A stretch of 56,280 nucleotides of DNA, the filler included, from Sphacelaria rigidula (Eukaryota): assembly GCA_964200075.2 (NCBI GenBank). It is 7 parts of 7 records of this genome, joined end to end, with 100 filler letters (N's around TTAATTAATTAA, not from the genome) between each part and the next. Parts side by side here need not be neighbours in the genome. Positions count along the whole stretch, not along the records: positions 1 to 7,955 come from CAXNAA020012849.1; positions 8,056 to 16,010 come from CAXNAA020012850.1; 5 more parts are not named here. The stretch is one strand, 5' to 3'. How positions within the stretch are numbered: position 1 is the first letter of the stretch; the number at the start of each line of letters is the position of its first letter. This document shows, piece by piece, positions 1 to 12,059 of this stretch. Under the pieces are notes generated by a model, which was not told where the DNA came from, ran no database searches, and was given only the letters and a program-made list of their open reading frames with translations. Made by a program: the position numbers and the translations under genes.

Positions 1-245
1 GCTCACCCTTCATGCGACTCGCCAAAGATATCACGGCGCTTCGCGCTTGGTGGTTTGGGTGCGAGCTTGGTCCGGCGAAAACCATGCGTGCTCCGTCCTG
101 GCTTCGTGGGGATGCGAGGTCAATAGTCTGATGACTATCGCATGCATGAAAATGAGTACACTCCCGAGACGACGCTCCGTCTCGAAAGGGGTGCGTGGTC
201 AATGGACAAATGACAAAGGCAAGCAACAAAATGAGTACGCCTCTC
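1..245 (+). repeat. High-copy dispersed non-coding repeat (family R1; possibly related to the Ectocarpus 'Sower' repeat), two tandem 3' ends
   Basis: 1-165 aligns with 32650-32815 and, inverted, with 12060-12225. 177-243 aligns with 32219-32285, 45178-45240 and, inverted, 48181-48226. All end in ATGAGTAC followed by a C-run. The Sower link is a recollection and was not verified. Confidence 0.85.
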
Positions 246-2006
246 TCTCCCTGAAGCGGCGAACATGAAAAATGTCGGGCTGTGAACTGGCGGCTCTGGT
301 CAGTTGTGTTTAGACTGGTCGCGCCAGCGTCCAGCCAACTGAATATTTTCCAGTTGACGGAGTTTTTTAGTTAACCGGCGCCGACTAACTGGGAAAACAT
401 CCACGGAGAGTGAGGAAGCCGCAAGGCTCAAGGGCTTCCTCGGTTGGTAAGGAGGGCCAACACCTGGAGGCATGGAAAAACGCGGTATTTGGCTTGTTTT
501 ACCTTCAAAAATGTCCCCCGCCGTGGTACCTGTAATCCTCTTCCGAGAAATGCCATGCATCATCAACACAAGTCATCGTAGATTGTATACCTCTTGTTGG
601 TACCGGTTACGAGTTCAGATTCATAGTTGTTGTCTGACTGCAAGTAGCTCAAACGTCGGATCACACACCTCCCTTTTCGCTGAGATCGTTCAGGGAGGGG
701 ATGCATTAATGTCATCCAGGGGGAAAGGGGTGGAGGTAGATCGGAGTTATGAGGGAATAGTATGCGGTGCAAACGATCTTACGACGTCGCCTGTGTGTTC
801 GGGGGCATCGTTATTCGTGTGTGAATGCCCGTGTAACTAGCGAAAACGGCAAAAACCACCCCCATCGTGTCTCGAAGGGGGATATAGTGATTTCATCTCC
901 GGGTGGGGAGAAATCGGGGATGGGGATACATACTGTATCGTTAGCACGCTCTATTGATGTGATCGTGTGTTGAGGTGCATCGCCATTCTGATGCAACAGA
1001 CCGAAACACCCGGGTGACGATTGATTTGGGGAGGGGATGCTTGTGTTAAATTTCCAGGCAAGGAAATGTTTGTTGTATTGCATTCTTCCATGTTTCAGTA
1101 ATTTCAAAAAAACGTCCATGCCGTGTAAATATATTGCCAATCGCGTGATATAGGTCAAAACGGTGGATACCACCCCCTGAGATCGCGGTAGAAAGCACCC
1201 CGGGGGACGGCTACTCCTTGCTCCTGTGCTATCATGCATCCCCCGCCCAAATCCGATTCCACCAACTAAGGTTGTTTATACACCTTTATGTGTCATCATC
1301 TGTCAAAGTATGGGCTCTTGATGAGTTCCCTGATGCATTGAAGTCGGATGCACACGTGGCCCAGAATAGGGTGGAACTATCCTATACCAAAGTCGGTGTA
1401 AAATGTAGCCGGTGGCGGCAACCTCCATACTTACTGGACAGCCTTCGTCGCCAGCTAAGGTTTAACTTCAGTTCCAGGTTGATCGACGGTATTAGCTGGC
1501 CCAGTTTACAGCCCTAGGATAAGGTACACGTCGACTTTTTTACGACACCCGACTGACTGCAGGTATGATTTTGGCGACTTTTCACCGCGGAGGGAGCGAA
1601 AAACTGTACATGAAAAAAAAAAGATATCACGCCAACGTAGCAGTATATTTCGTATATGTCATGATGTATGTTGCACAAGTCGGGCAGTTCATGAGCTACC
1701 TGAATATCGTCTCCTACTGGTATACTGATCCGGATCATGACCTAGCTCATTTGGCCCCTTTCCCCCCCAATGTCTCGTCCCCACAGCGCTGAGCGCCGAG
1801 CACGCGGAGTAGCGCAGAGGTACAGTTATGCGCGTGAATAGGGGGCCCGATTTTGGGCATTGTATACCGGGGAAATGGACCGACCAACTATATGGCCAGT
1901 TGAATGCGGGAGAAATGAAACCTGAATGAGCCAATCAGTATCAACTACAAGTACAAGCGTCACTCGAAATGACAACGGCGCTCATACAAAATGTACTATT
2001 GCTTTA

Positions 2007-2617
2007 CGAGCTGGACCAGCTGTAGAGCCCGCATTCGCTTTCCACACCACAACTTCTCAAATCTTCCAAATCAGCCTGACTTGAGCATATCGCTGTAAAG
2101 TGAAGTGCAGACCAGCCTGGTAACACACGGCACTGCCGCTGAATAGACGGAAAAAATAAAAATAGAGTGTACTGCATCATAAATGACCTCAACGACGGAC
2201 GACAGAAAAAAGAGAATGTGTCGGGATTCAAACTCATGTCCTCCATAATTGACTCCTGGATCACTTGGATTAAAGGGGCGCGGCGCGGCCGTGTCACACG
2301 GAAAGTGCGATGCCGCGCCCAACTTCAGGTAATTTTGGCTGAAACATACCAGAATGTCGTTGACGCGAGTGCCCGTATGTGTTGGAGCGTTGTCGTCGTT
2401 TTCATCAATTTGTAAGGAAGGTATAGCATTTTTCCTTTTTTTGCTGAAACTTCAACTCGCTCTAACTTCCTGTTTTCTTCCCCCCCCCTCTGCACCCCCA
2501 ATAGGGTTGCGCGGGTTGATGATAAAATTTCGTATCAAATTTCAGCGCCTAACTCTTCGAATTACCAATGGCATCTCCACTCTTCGTTCAAAAATCATTG
2601 TCAGCTGGCCCAGCTCG
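2007..2617 (-). mobile_element. Tc1/mariner-like MITE (family M1) with an internal tRNA-like motif
   Basis: TIRs CGAGCTGGACCAGCT / AGCTGGCCCAGCTCG, flanked by TA on both sides; homologous along its length, in inverted orientation, to 44363-45072. Confidence 0.75.
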
Positions 2618-2985
2618 TAGTACATTCACCCGTACTCAGGGTTATAACAACAAGAGGATAGAAGTTGCTGCTGGTGTTGTGGTTGTGCCTCTTGTCGCAG
2701 TGTGTTGTTGTGCTTATCTTTCAACGCAGTTTTCTCGGCAACGAAGCAGCGGATTGGACTGCAGTTTGATGCGTGCGCTTCCCACACACCGGAACTATTC
2801 AGTGTGGCGGCGGGTTTTCGTAACGCGTGCCGCGGAGCCCGCAGCACTTTGCAAACCGTCAAAATGTACTGAAACACGCATCTTCTTCAACGTTCTGGGG
2901 CTTTTCGGATCCGCTGTGGCGAATTGAGCAAATCCGCGGACACACTGAATATATCTAGTGTGTGTAGGGGGGCTGTGAAGTGTTA

Positions 2986-3368
2986 CGCACACGGCCATTC
3001 GGCTACCCCCACAAAAATCTTCCTCTATCGCGGTTTTCATTCTCTCGTGGGAAAAATACCCTCTAGAGGTTATTTCATCCTAGGTCCGGTCATAAACGAA
3101 TCCTCTGGAGGGCAACTAATGCTCCAGTGACTTCTGAGGTCTAAATCCCTCGAGAGTAACAAAAGATATGGTGCCCTGGAGGGCCGCGCATCCTCCAAAT
3201 TCCTCAGGAGGGGTGCGCGGTCCTCCAGAGGCAAAACAAGCCTATGAAGGCGTTTGGATCCACCCCTCTGGAGGGCCGCGCACCCTCTGGAGGAATTCAA
3301 TTCCTCTGGAGGCTCGAAAAGTTGACCGGAACAGAGTATTTTTTAGGGTAGCCGAATGGCCGCGTGTG
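2986..3368. mobile_element. MITE (family M2) with ~23-bp TIRs and internal CCTCTGGAGG repeats
   Basis: CACACGGCCATTCGGCTACCC at the left end and GGGTAGCCGAATGGCCGCGTGTG at the right; about 9 CCTC(T/C)(G/A)GAGG-like motifs inside. Confidence 0.75.
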
Positions 3369-3466
3369 CACAGGCCGGTTTGCTTCCTGTCTCGAGAAAA
3401 ATTCGATGAACCCAGATAACTTGAGATGGAGCGTGCGTTCTGTTCGGCAGAGGTTCGGCACGGGTT

Positions 3467-4035
3467 AGGCTTTTGCTTTGATGTGCGCATATAATTGCGC
3501 ATGAAACGGGACTTTGCGCATAAGCGCATGCGTTTTTTTATGAATATGTATTTTGGAGATCTCAGGATAAGAAAGGCATAAGAGTTATGTTTAACGCATA
3601 ACTTGGTGCACATAGTACTTCAACGGGGTTATTCACCGTACGTCCATCAGCTACTGCGGTAGCTGCCGAGGGGTGCCCCATGTGCCGTGGTTCGTGGAGT
3701 CGTGGCGTTTGTGTTCGTAATTTTTTTCTTTACTTTGTTGCGGGTCTAATATCGGTTATGGTGCTGTATGTGCGCATGTTTATTGTGAACCTGATGAGAA
3801 AAACTGAAATCTCGAAATATTGAACGTGCCGTCTTGTTTTCTTGCTGGAAGGTACGTTCCATGGGCGGCGCCGCCAGGAACCCGCCAGGAACCGCCTCAG
3901 GAAGTACGCGAAAAAGACGAATTAGTCGCGCATATTTAATCAAAATACGCATGAATCGGCGCATCATGTTCACTTTTGGACATAAAAAAAAATGGGAAGA
4001 CGCGCGTAAAAAAATGCGCATAAAAAGCAAAAGCC
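3467..4035. mobile_element. Possible MITE (family M3) with GCGCAT-rich subterminal regions
   Basis: Imperfect inverted ends GGCTTTTGCTTTGATGTGCGCAT / ATGCGCATAAAAAGCAAAAGCC, interrupting an array of CGGCACAGGTT-like units; no clean TSD. Confidence 0.5.
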
Positions 4036-6553
4036 CAGCACAGGTTCGGCACAGGTCCGACCAGCCTATGACGTCTTCCATAAGTCTTCAATATCCCTCC
4101 GCGTCCATCTTATTTTTTGTTGACAACGGGTTTTTGGTAGGCAAAGCCGTCTTTCACGGGCATAACAGTAGCGCTTCCGCTTGTTCTCCAACCATGCTCT
4201 GACGTATTTAGTGTGTATGGACAACGGATCAGAGAGTCACCTTCGACAAGTCATTTCAGGTAGCTCATGCGCTGTTCAACGTGTGATATGTTGTCATCAC
4301 CCTTTGCACGCTGTGCGTACTCGCAGTCATCCAGGGATCCATGGGTACGCAGGCATTCGGGGACTACTCGGATTCTTGAGTGAATACGACACCGCAACCG
4401 GTTCGATGAGCAAGAACGAGGTCTCAAAAAACAGTACAGTAGTGGGCAGTCCAACTATTGAGGGGTGTTTTGGGGTTTTCCTCGGGTACTATTCTTCGAT
4501 AGAACTTGAAATTGCTAGCGTCGGTAGATATTGGTACAAAAAAGCAGATCATCTTCGAAACACAGTGCCCAAGTACGTGTTCGTTGGTGTTATCGGGCGA
4601 AACGAGTAAATACCCCGTTCATCAGGAGGGTGTTATTGACCGTGAAACACAGCTTTCCGGTCCCAGTGCACTGAGTAGGCAGAATTTCGAAAAAATAAAA
4701 CTGTACAATTCTTTCAAAATATGATCGGGACGGGCTCGATCGACCGAAAATACAGAAAAGTAAAAACCTGGACTGAAACGTGGCAGGACCCTCGACGACC
4801 GGTCAGCCCGTAAGTCACTCAATATTGAGTACATATGATTTTTTCTTGGAATGTGGAGCGGGTACGAATATCTTCAGATCCCCGATGTGATAGGGGGCGG
4901 CGTGCGGATAAAGCCCAAGAAAATCGCCAATTACGAAAAAATCACAAAATGCCACAAAATCAATAGTTAGACCAACCATTACTGTACACGTGCTCATGAA
5001 ACATGACAACGGAATAATGAGTGGACAACCTTCAGCCTTCTGTATAAACGACAAATGATACACGCTGCACCTGACTGGACGGCACCGTTGCACCACGGGC
5101 AATGCAAGGTTGGACTGAGTGTAGTAGTAGCCGCATCCAAGCCAACGTTATAGCTCCCGCGCAACCTTTGCAGCCATGGTGCAAGGACAATAGAAAATCG
5201 CCGTACGAATCAATGACACAACAGGTAAGCTTAGGCCCAGAGCAAGCATCTCATTCGTGCCCTACCGTGTAGGTAGTCTGCAGGGTGGCGGAAAAGGAAG
5301 CACAAATGAACAGGTATCGGTTACGCCGCCATTATCATTTTCAAACAAACCGGACCGACGAAGTAAAGCTGCTGCTTTCCACAGGCTTGTACGAACTATG
5401 CCCATGCCCCACTTTATATGCTCTTATAGTACAAAAGTGTTCAGCACGAGCATAATCGGTGGAGAAGCTTCTCGTAAGCCCTGACTGTGTTGAGGTTCAA
5501 CGAGGCACTACAATGTGCATCGCAGTGTTTTTCATCGTAAAAATGTACACTCCGATAGCGGTATACGATAAGAGACTTGTACTACTGTTGTAGATGAAAT
5601 CGAGTACGGCAGCGAAAGCTCTGTAACACGTGTGCACTCTTTCTGACATGGCGGCCATGTGTGCAATTACAGCACCCAATGCGAACTGTACCTTTCTTTA
5701 ACTCCACAGAAGTGACGCCCGTAGAGTGCGTCGGTCGCGGATAGACGTGAGCTTCGCGTGTTTGAAGCGTGTGCATGAGGGAGGAGGGAAGATTATCTCT
5801 TCATGCATCGGCCCATACCCCTTGCGTTGTGTGTGTCGTGCGCACTATAATAGCACGCCGACCGTGAATTTCTGGTGGCATCGTGCGGTATGCTCGTCGG
5901 GTGTACGTCTGAGCTACTCTACGTTTGAATGCTTGGATTGGCCGGTTGGCGTCAAGTTTACACCTTTGAAGCAAAGCGTGAAAGAGCTCCGCAGGATACT
6001 TAGCTCACCTCTTCACTACCGGTTGTGCTCAAGTTTACGCCGAAGCATGTCGCATGATTCGGTGGTGCTCCTCCCTTCTGAGGGAAGAATACTCAGATGT
6101 TTGTCAGCGGGCTCCCGAAAGGTCGCAGGCGAGCACTCTGAACTGTTCTGAAGGTCGACGTAATGTCATTTTTTGTTGTTGTTAAACCGCGGCACAGGGC
6201 GTTTCTTCGGCTGCTTCTTCGGTCGCGTGTTTTAGCACAAAAAACTTCGATCGAAAATGTGCGGTGGAAAAGGAAAACTCTGATCTGAGGCGGTTTCTTC
6301 TTTCGGTTCGTTTCACCCCTCGTATTTTGCAACAAATTTTGAAGAAAAAATACCGCAACGTGAAAAAATAGAATCAGAGATGCGTTTTTGGCCCTACCTT
6401 ACGGTTCGATATATATTTTTGAGGGGGGTGGGGTACCAAAAGAGTGGGGAGGTACCAAAAGTACGGTCAGCGAGATTCAAAGGGGTGTGCACGCCAAGGC
6501 GAGGTACAAAGACTTGAGGACTTCGCCATGCCAAGCTTCCTGTGTTGGTGTAA

Positions 6554-7001
6554 GACTCACTTTAACGGCAACGAATCTCGGTTTGTACAGATATGAGGAA
6601 TTCAGCCCGTCTACAGGCGATTTTCTCCCTTGGATCGATTTTTCTGACCCCAGTCCGTTGGGCAATGTTTTTCGGCTAGCTGTGAGCAAAGCAGATCATT
6701 CTCCGGTTTTCTGGGCCTTGACTCTCGATACATCACCTTTCTGCTGAAATCGGGACACTCCCGCATCTCCCGGAAAAATCGGGGGAGATGCGGGAGTGTT
6801 CCAATTTCAGCAGACAGGTGGTGAACCAAAAGTAAACATCCAGAAAATCGGAAAACTGATCTGGTTCGCTCACAGCTAGGCGAAAAACATTGCCCAATGG
6901 GCTGGAGTCCGAAAAACCAATCCACGGGAGAAAATCGCCTGTAGACGGGCTGAAATCCTCAAATTTGTGCAAATCGAGATTCGTTGCAATAAAAATGAGT
7001 C
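6554..7001. repeat. Long imperfect palindrome (foldback), ~220-bp arms with a very short loop at ~6773-6779
   Basis: 6554-6772 is the reverse complement of 6780-7001 with scattered mismatches; 29-bp perfect core 6601-6629 / 6926-6954. Confidence 0.95.
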
Positions 7002-7117
7002 GAAGAGGACGCGACACATAAACCTCCCACGATCGCTGCTGACCCAGCTCGTACTGTCTGCCAAGTGACATCTTCATCCTATACCGCCGTATCCCGTATG
7101 CAGCAATACAGACAGTA

Positions 7118-7556
7118 TACACGTGGGCATTCGGCTACCTGCAGTGGACTTCTGATAACGAAACCTTACCTAGCGTCCGTTAAAACTGCCCTCCAGAGGA
7201 TACTGGGCGTTTGTAATCCTCTCCAGGTTTTTTTTTAACGATATCGCGTCCTCTGGGGGCCAGGTTTTCCATCTAGAGAGACTTTGTCAATATCGGAATT
7301 ATCTGGAGGATTGTTCTCCTGGCGATCTCCTAGTGGCTGGGTTATTTGACATTTTCTCCACAGAGCATCGACGGAGTTCCCCCAGAGGGTTCTTCAGTGT
7401 CGGAGTCTCCCTAGAGGGTTTTCAACACTCAAGTCTCCCTAGAGGGTTTGTGCCAATATCAGAATCCTGTGCATGGTTGGCCAGCAGCATCCTCCGGAGG
7501 GGGGTGTTAAGGTCATTGTTCCTGGAGGCACTAGGGGATCAATAGGGTCACCGTAG
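7118..7556. mobile_element. Degenerate second copy of MITE family M2
   Basis: Begins ...GGGCATTCGGCTACC, the same TIR as at 2993, followed by many CCTCC/TAGAGG motifs; right TIR decayed. Confidence 0.6.
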
Positions 7557-7955
7557 TCTTTTGAGATTCGAACACAACATGAAGGGTTTGACAGTAAAAG
7601 CCTCCGGAGGAATCGTTTGCATTACGCCTTTTCCAGGTCTATGTCTACTCGAAATCGCTGTCGATGGAATCGCTGTCGATGGAATTCAGCAGCGGTTGGG
7701 GCAGCAGTCCTCTGGCCAGTTACCGAAAGTCCTACTTGCGTGGCAGTCGCAAAAGACTTTGTCCACAGCAATTCTTGATTATGCGACATACGTTGTCAAT
7801 ACAAAGTTGCCTTCGATTCACCATCAGTATACGCATACACGGGCCCCCTCTATACACATGTATACCTCGTACCAACCTGATGCGGTTTGCATGCGAGACC
7901 AAACAGATACAACGCATATGTGCACCTCTCGCCCTCAGCTCAAGCAATTAACCTC

Positions 7956-8055
7956 NNNNNNNNNNNNNNNNNNNNNNNNNNNNNNNNNNNNNNNNNNNNT
8001 TAATTAATTAANNNNNNNNNNNNNNNNNNNNNNNNNNNNNNNNNNNNNNNNNNNN
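7956..8055. other. Artificial contig spacer (N44-TTAATTAATTAA-N44)
   Basis: 100-bp spacer with a six-frame-stop linker at 8000-8011; the same structure recurs six times. Confidence 0.98.
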
Positions 8056-8097
8056 CAGGTGGAGGGGGGTGCGTGGGGGGTGGTGGGGGGGGGAGGG

Positions 8098-8155
<58 letters not shown>

Positions 8156-8664
8156 ATTGAGAATACTCACCAACTTGTAGTTCAAGGATGAAGAATGCTA
8201 TGACAATGCCATCACGGTGCATACACGGGGACCGGGATTTGATGACGGAAGTTTTGCAAAACAGAGAGACGGGAGCATCTGTTTAACGACGCGGCATCTA
8301 CAACGTCGCAAGAAAAAAGACCGGTTGGTTGATTGACGTAGCTTCTGGTCAAGAAAAAACACCCGTGGGATCTTCTTTTGACTGACATAGGTCTCAGCAA
8401 ACAAAATCAATGAGTCCCACTTCAACGACTGACAGCATTGCCACAACGTATATTTTGGGTACGCGTAAGGTCATGGTGCGAAGGAACAGGGCGCCACCGT
8501 CGAATCTATGAAGGCAGCCATTAGGATTAGGATCATTCACACCGAGACTGCAAGCGATAGTTGCCCGTCAAGAAGTTCGGCCGGTTGGGTATCAAATGGT
8601 TGTATTTGACAGGCGCCCAGCAAATATATTTTTTGACCGCATGCATCGTGATATATCTACACAC

Positions 8665-10458
8665 CTCCCTCTCCAGCATCTCGGTCGCCCGCATGGCTGG
8701 CGACATCACTCCTCTCCGCGGGCGCTGCTGCCTTTCCTCTAGCAGACTCTGCATTTGGCGGTTGAGACTATCCCCCCGTGCTTTGATAGCGCGCGCGGCC
8801 ATCAGCTGCGTCTCCCCCCGATGAAACAAACCCGACGTGGTCGCCGCAGGTACTGGTAAGGGTACTAGCTGCGGGAGAAGGGCGGCGTAGAACCAAGTGG
8901 TCAGACCCATGACGACCGACAAGTTGTTCAGCGCACCAGCGCTGCGATCGCTTCCGAACCGTCCACGGTAGTGCCGGGCAGCTCTTGCCAACGCCAATGA
9001 GCGTTCCAACGCGTGGCGCGCATCGGTTCGGCGCATGCGCAGTAAGCTTGCAAACTCTTCTTGGGGTGTCGGGGGCGCGGGGGTTCGTCCTCGAGCAGTA
9101 GCGCTGTCGCCGTTGCTCTCATCTGCGGAATTCCCCCCGCGCATGAGGCGTTCGAGATTTTCTTCGCGTTGCTTTGTTTCGCGCTCCCGCTCGGCCTTCT
9201 TCTTCTCCCTTTCTCGCATTTCCCTCGCAAATTTTTGTTGCTTGGCTTCTGCTCGCGAGAGGACTGGAGCTGGGGCTAGGGCTGCTGTTGCTGCTGCCGC
9301 TGTTGCTGAACCCATACAGGATTGGCCGTTCCCAGGTTCACCATCAACCGCGACGCCGCCGCCGGTTGCCACCTGTGACGGCCCGCGAGGCAACGGCATC
9401 GAAGACTCCGCGTTTTTTGAACCCACGCGCGACACAAGCGGGGCTGCTGTCGGTGAACACGACGCCGACAGAACAGACGAAGATCTCGATTGAAGGGATC
9501 GCACTGAAGAAGACATTCCGGAGGCAGAACTGCCCAAGCTCCTTTCTGACGACGAGCCATTCTTGGTCATGTTGTCGGCGGTCAACTCTTCTAGCTCTAA
9601 TGCTTCTACGGGAGGCGTCTGGATGACCCCCTCGTCATCCTCCGGGGCTTCCCAGAGGTAGCTAAACACATGAGAGTTGGTGACGTGGCGCGTGATGACT
9701 CCCAATCCCACCAGCCGGCCATGCGCCTGTGACCCAAACAGCCCCGTCACGTACTCCTTTTGGGGGTCCCACCCCGGGGCGGCGGCTGCCGCCGCAGCCG
9801 TCTCGGCCGCGGCCTCCGACGCAGCCGCTCTCCTTTCTCTAGTGGCCGCATCAATTTCATCGCTCGAAAGGCTATCGCTTGCGCAAGAGCCTACGGCGGC
9901 CCTCGCCGCAGCCGCCGCAGCCGCCGTGGTGGCGGCAAGGGAATCATACCGCCAGTCCGGCAACATCGATAAGGAATGGTTGGCAGTAAGACGATCCCCG
10001 AACCATGCACTTATGCGGCCGCCGGATGTGACCACGCGGAGGCGTTCGATGAGCCCCTTGTTGTGCTCGCATTCGAAGCGGGACAATCGTTCGACGGGGG
10101 CATCTACGGTAAAAGTGTAGGCTCTCGTTGATCTGCTCTCCCCCGCCGCGGACCCGTGTAGTGACAGCTCCTCGGTTCGCATACCACCCACTTTCATGAC
10201 GAGCTGAATGCCGACCACGCCCTCGCCAATTCTCGTCATCACGCGTACCTCGCACACCAAGCAGGAGCCCGGAACGCACCTGTCATGGAAGTGCAATTCG
10301 CCGGGGCTAATGCCGTCGTCAATAGCTCGTCCCACCGTCACCCGTGTCTCGAGATCCTGGAACTTAAGCCTACCGCGGTTGAGGAAGGCGTCCACGAGGA
10401 GGCGGGCCTCGGTCCGTACGCGCTCGGTGGCTTGCCATGTATGATACTCGACGAACTT
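8665..10458 (-). CDS. Large exon of the contig-B gene: jacalin-like (beta-prism lectin) domain followed by low-complexity and coiled-coil regions
   Basis: Lies in the 695-aa ORF. Motifs GVVGIQLV...LHG, FTVD..VERL, IERLRVVTSGGRISAWFG and EYVTGLFG...LVGLGV match the jacalin strand pattern. GT donor at 8664 (GAG|GTGTGT); acceptor at 10458 or 10465. Confidence 0.8.
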
Positions 10459-10800
10459 CTTGAAGCTGGTATTATGTCGATTGCGGGTTTTCGGGCCGAG
10501 GAGAAGACAATCAGTGCGCGGAGATGCGGTGGTCAGCGAGTGCATCAACACGATCAGAACGACCGCGTGTGTGTTTTTCGGGTTTTGCTGGTGGGTCACA
10601 GCAAACATTATAGCCCGCAAACCAGCACCATCTTCCCAAAATCTCGACAGAACATGTCAAAAAGATATAGTGGCCCACAAACATCGACGAAAAAGCCACG
10701 TGTTCACACCAAGCACCATGAACAGAGATTGGATACCATGATCAGAAAGTATTTCGCATCTTAATAACGGAACTGTTCGTGCGTTTTTGTCATCACTCAC

Positions 10801-10888
10801 TACTCTTCGGTTCGAGAGTAGGTGGATATACATGACGGCATATCTTAATCGCCACCGGCAGACCATCTGCAGTGAATCCTCCGTCATA
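10801..10888 (-). CDS. Small exon of the contig-B gene (MTEDSLQMVCRWRLRYAVMYIHLLSNRRV)
   Basis: CAG acceptor, GTGAGT donor, phase-compatible with both neighbours. Confidence 0.55.
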
Positions 10889-10893
10889 CTGTT

Positions 10894-11223
10894 GTCGCCC
10901 CGTTGGCTCAGTAGGTAACCTCGAAACCTTCTGACGGTTGGGTCGTGGGTTCAAATNNNNNNNNAACAGTGGAGAGCGACTATGTCGTAGGTGCACAAAA
11001 TTCGACCGAACGGTCGACGAGGGAAAGGGACTGCTGAACCCCTCTCGTGATAAAAAATAAAGGTAAGCACCGCAGAAGGGAGGTGGGGTACTAAAAACAA
11101 ATTTAAAAAAAGAAAAACCTCCTGTGTTGACCTTCCTCCTGTGTAACCCCGGCTGGTGCGCCCACATATACCGAAAGGTGTAGACCGGTGTCCAGAATAG
11201 ATGGGACGACGACACACACACAC
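10894..11223 (+). mobile_element. tRNA-derived SINE (family S1) inside an intron
   Basis: A box TGGCTCAGTAGG, B box GGTTCAAAT (then 8 Ns), 3' tail ...GATGGGACGAC(AC)n; head and tail are shared with 41907-41984. Confidence 0.8.
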
Positions 11224-11246
11224 CACGTACGGGCTCCTAATCTCAC

Positions 11247-12042
11247 GTGGGCTCTCTCCGCGCCAACTGTTTGGTCTTCCGCTGTTGCTTGGCTTGCCTC
11301 AAGCCGATATCGCGTGCGAGTGATCCCCTCCACGCCGCCACCACAGTTCGCCGAGCTACCTTCAAATCAGCCTTTGCTCGCTTCTCGGCAAACCCTTTAC
11401 GTGGTTGCCATATCACTGTCCCGTCGAATTCCGACCACCCGTCAGAAGGCACCATCATCACCGTCGCTGCTGGAGAAGACCCCGCTGAAGAAACCCCTGG
11501 CACGTTTCGCATGAGCGAAGCGTCCCCCGATCTCCACGGGGTTTTACCACCTTTCACGAGTTGTAAGCACGGCACGACAAAAAACCAAAAACGCGTAAGT
11601 TGACGTCTGAAAACCCAACTTTCCCGGTTAACCTGCACGTATTTTTCGACCACGTCGGCTTCAGAGGTTCTGGTCTCACCTAGCGTTGCACTTGCTTTTG
11701 TGAACTTTTCAGCGAGGAATGCCTCCTTCGCCGCCCCCGCTGTAGCCGCTGCCTTTGCTTGTGCTCTGTTCCTCTGTTTCGGACCGATTCCCGTCCGCCA
11801 GCCGTCGAACACCACGCGCACAATGCGTGCATGGCGTCGCTTCCTGAAGCTGTCGGTGACAAGATCGGCACTTTTTTTCGCTTGCACGTGCTGTTTCCAG
11901 CGTTGCATCATCGCAAGCTCGTCGAGTGTCACAGGCAAAAGAACCTCCGGTGCGTATCTGCCACCCGTGAAACCGCTTGCTCGTAGATGGTTCGAGTAGC
12001 CCAACAGTAGCTCGCGACGTCGACCGAGCATGGTTGGTAGGC
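11247..12042 (-). CDS. Exon of the contig-B gene with Sfi1-like Trp repeats
   Basis: 262-aa ORF (LAMMQRWK, VRVVFDGWR, RTVVAAWR); CAG acceptor at 12043, GTGAG donor at 11246, phases consistent. An internal intron starting at 11632 cannot be excluded. Confidence 0.75.
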
Positions 12043-12059
12043 CTGAGTCGTTCAGGGAA

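Noticed and set aside
300..1790. Coding-looking fragments, including VWALDEF (Walker B-like)
   Set aside because: No Walker A or consistent frame; possibly decayed TE or viral sequence, but unassignable
4085..4200. Minus-strand peptide SATVMPVKDGFAYQKPVV, reminiscent of actin-related proteins
   Set aside because: Short, bounded by stops, no splice context and no other actin motifs
6388..7122. Convergent ORF pair encoding similar peptides
   Set aside because: A consequence of the palindrome; no coding evidence
8000..8011. TTAATTAATTAA recurring every ~8054 bp, resembling a periodic element
   Set aside because: Artificial six-frame-stop linker embedded in Ns
8056..8154. Poly-G tract and poly-Pro ORFs
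   Set aside because: Homopolymer at a contig edge; low complexity or sequencing artefact
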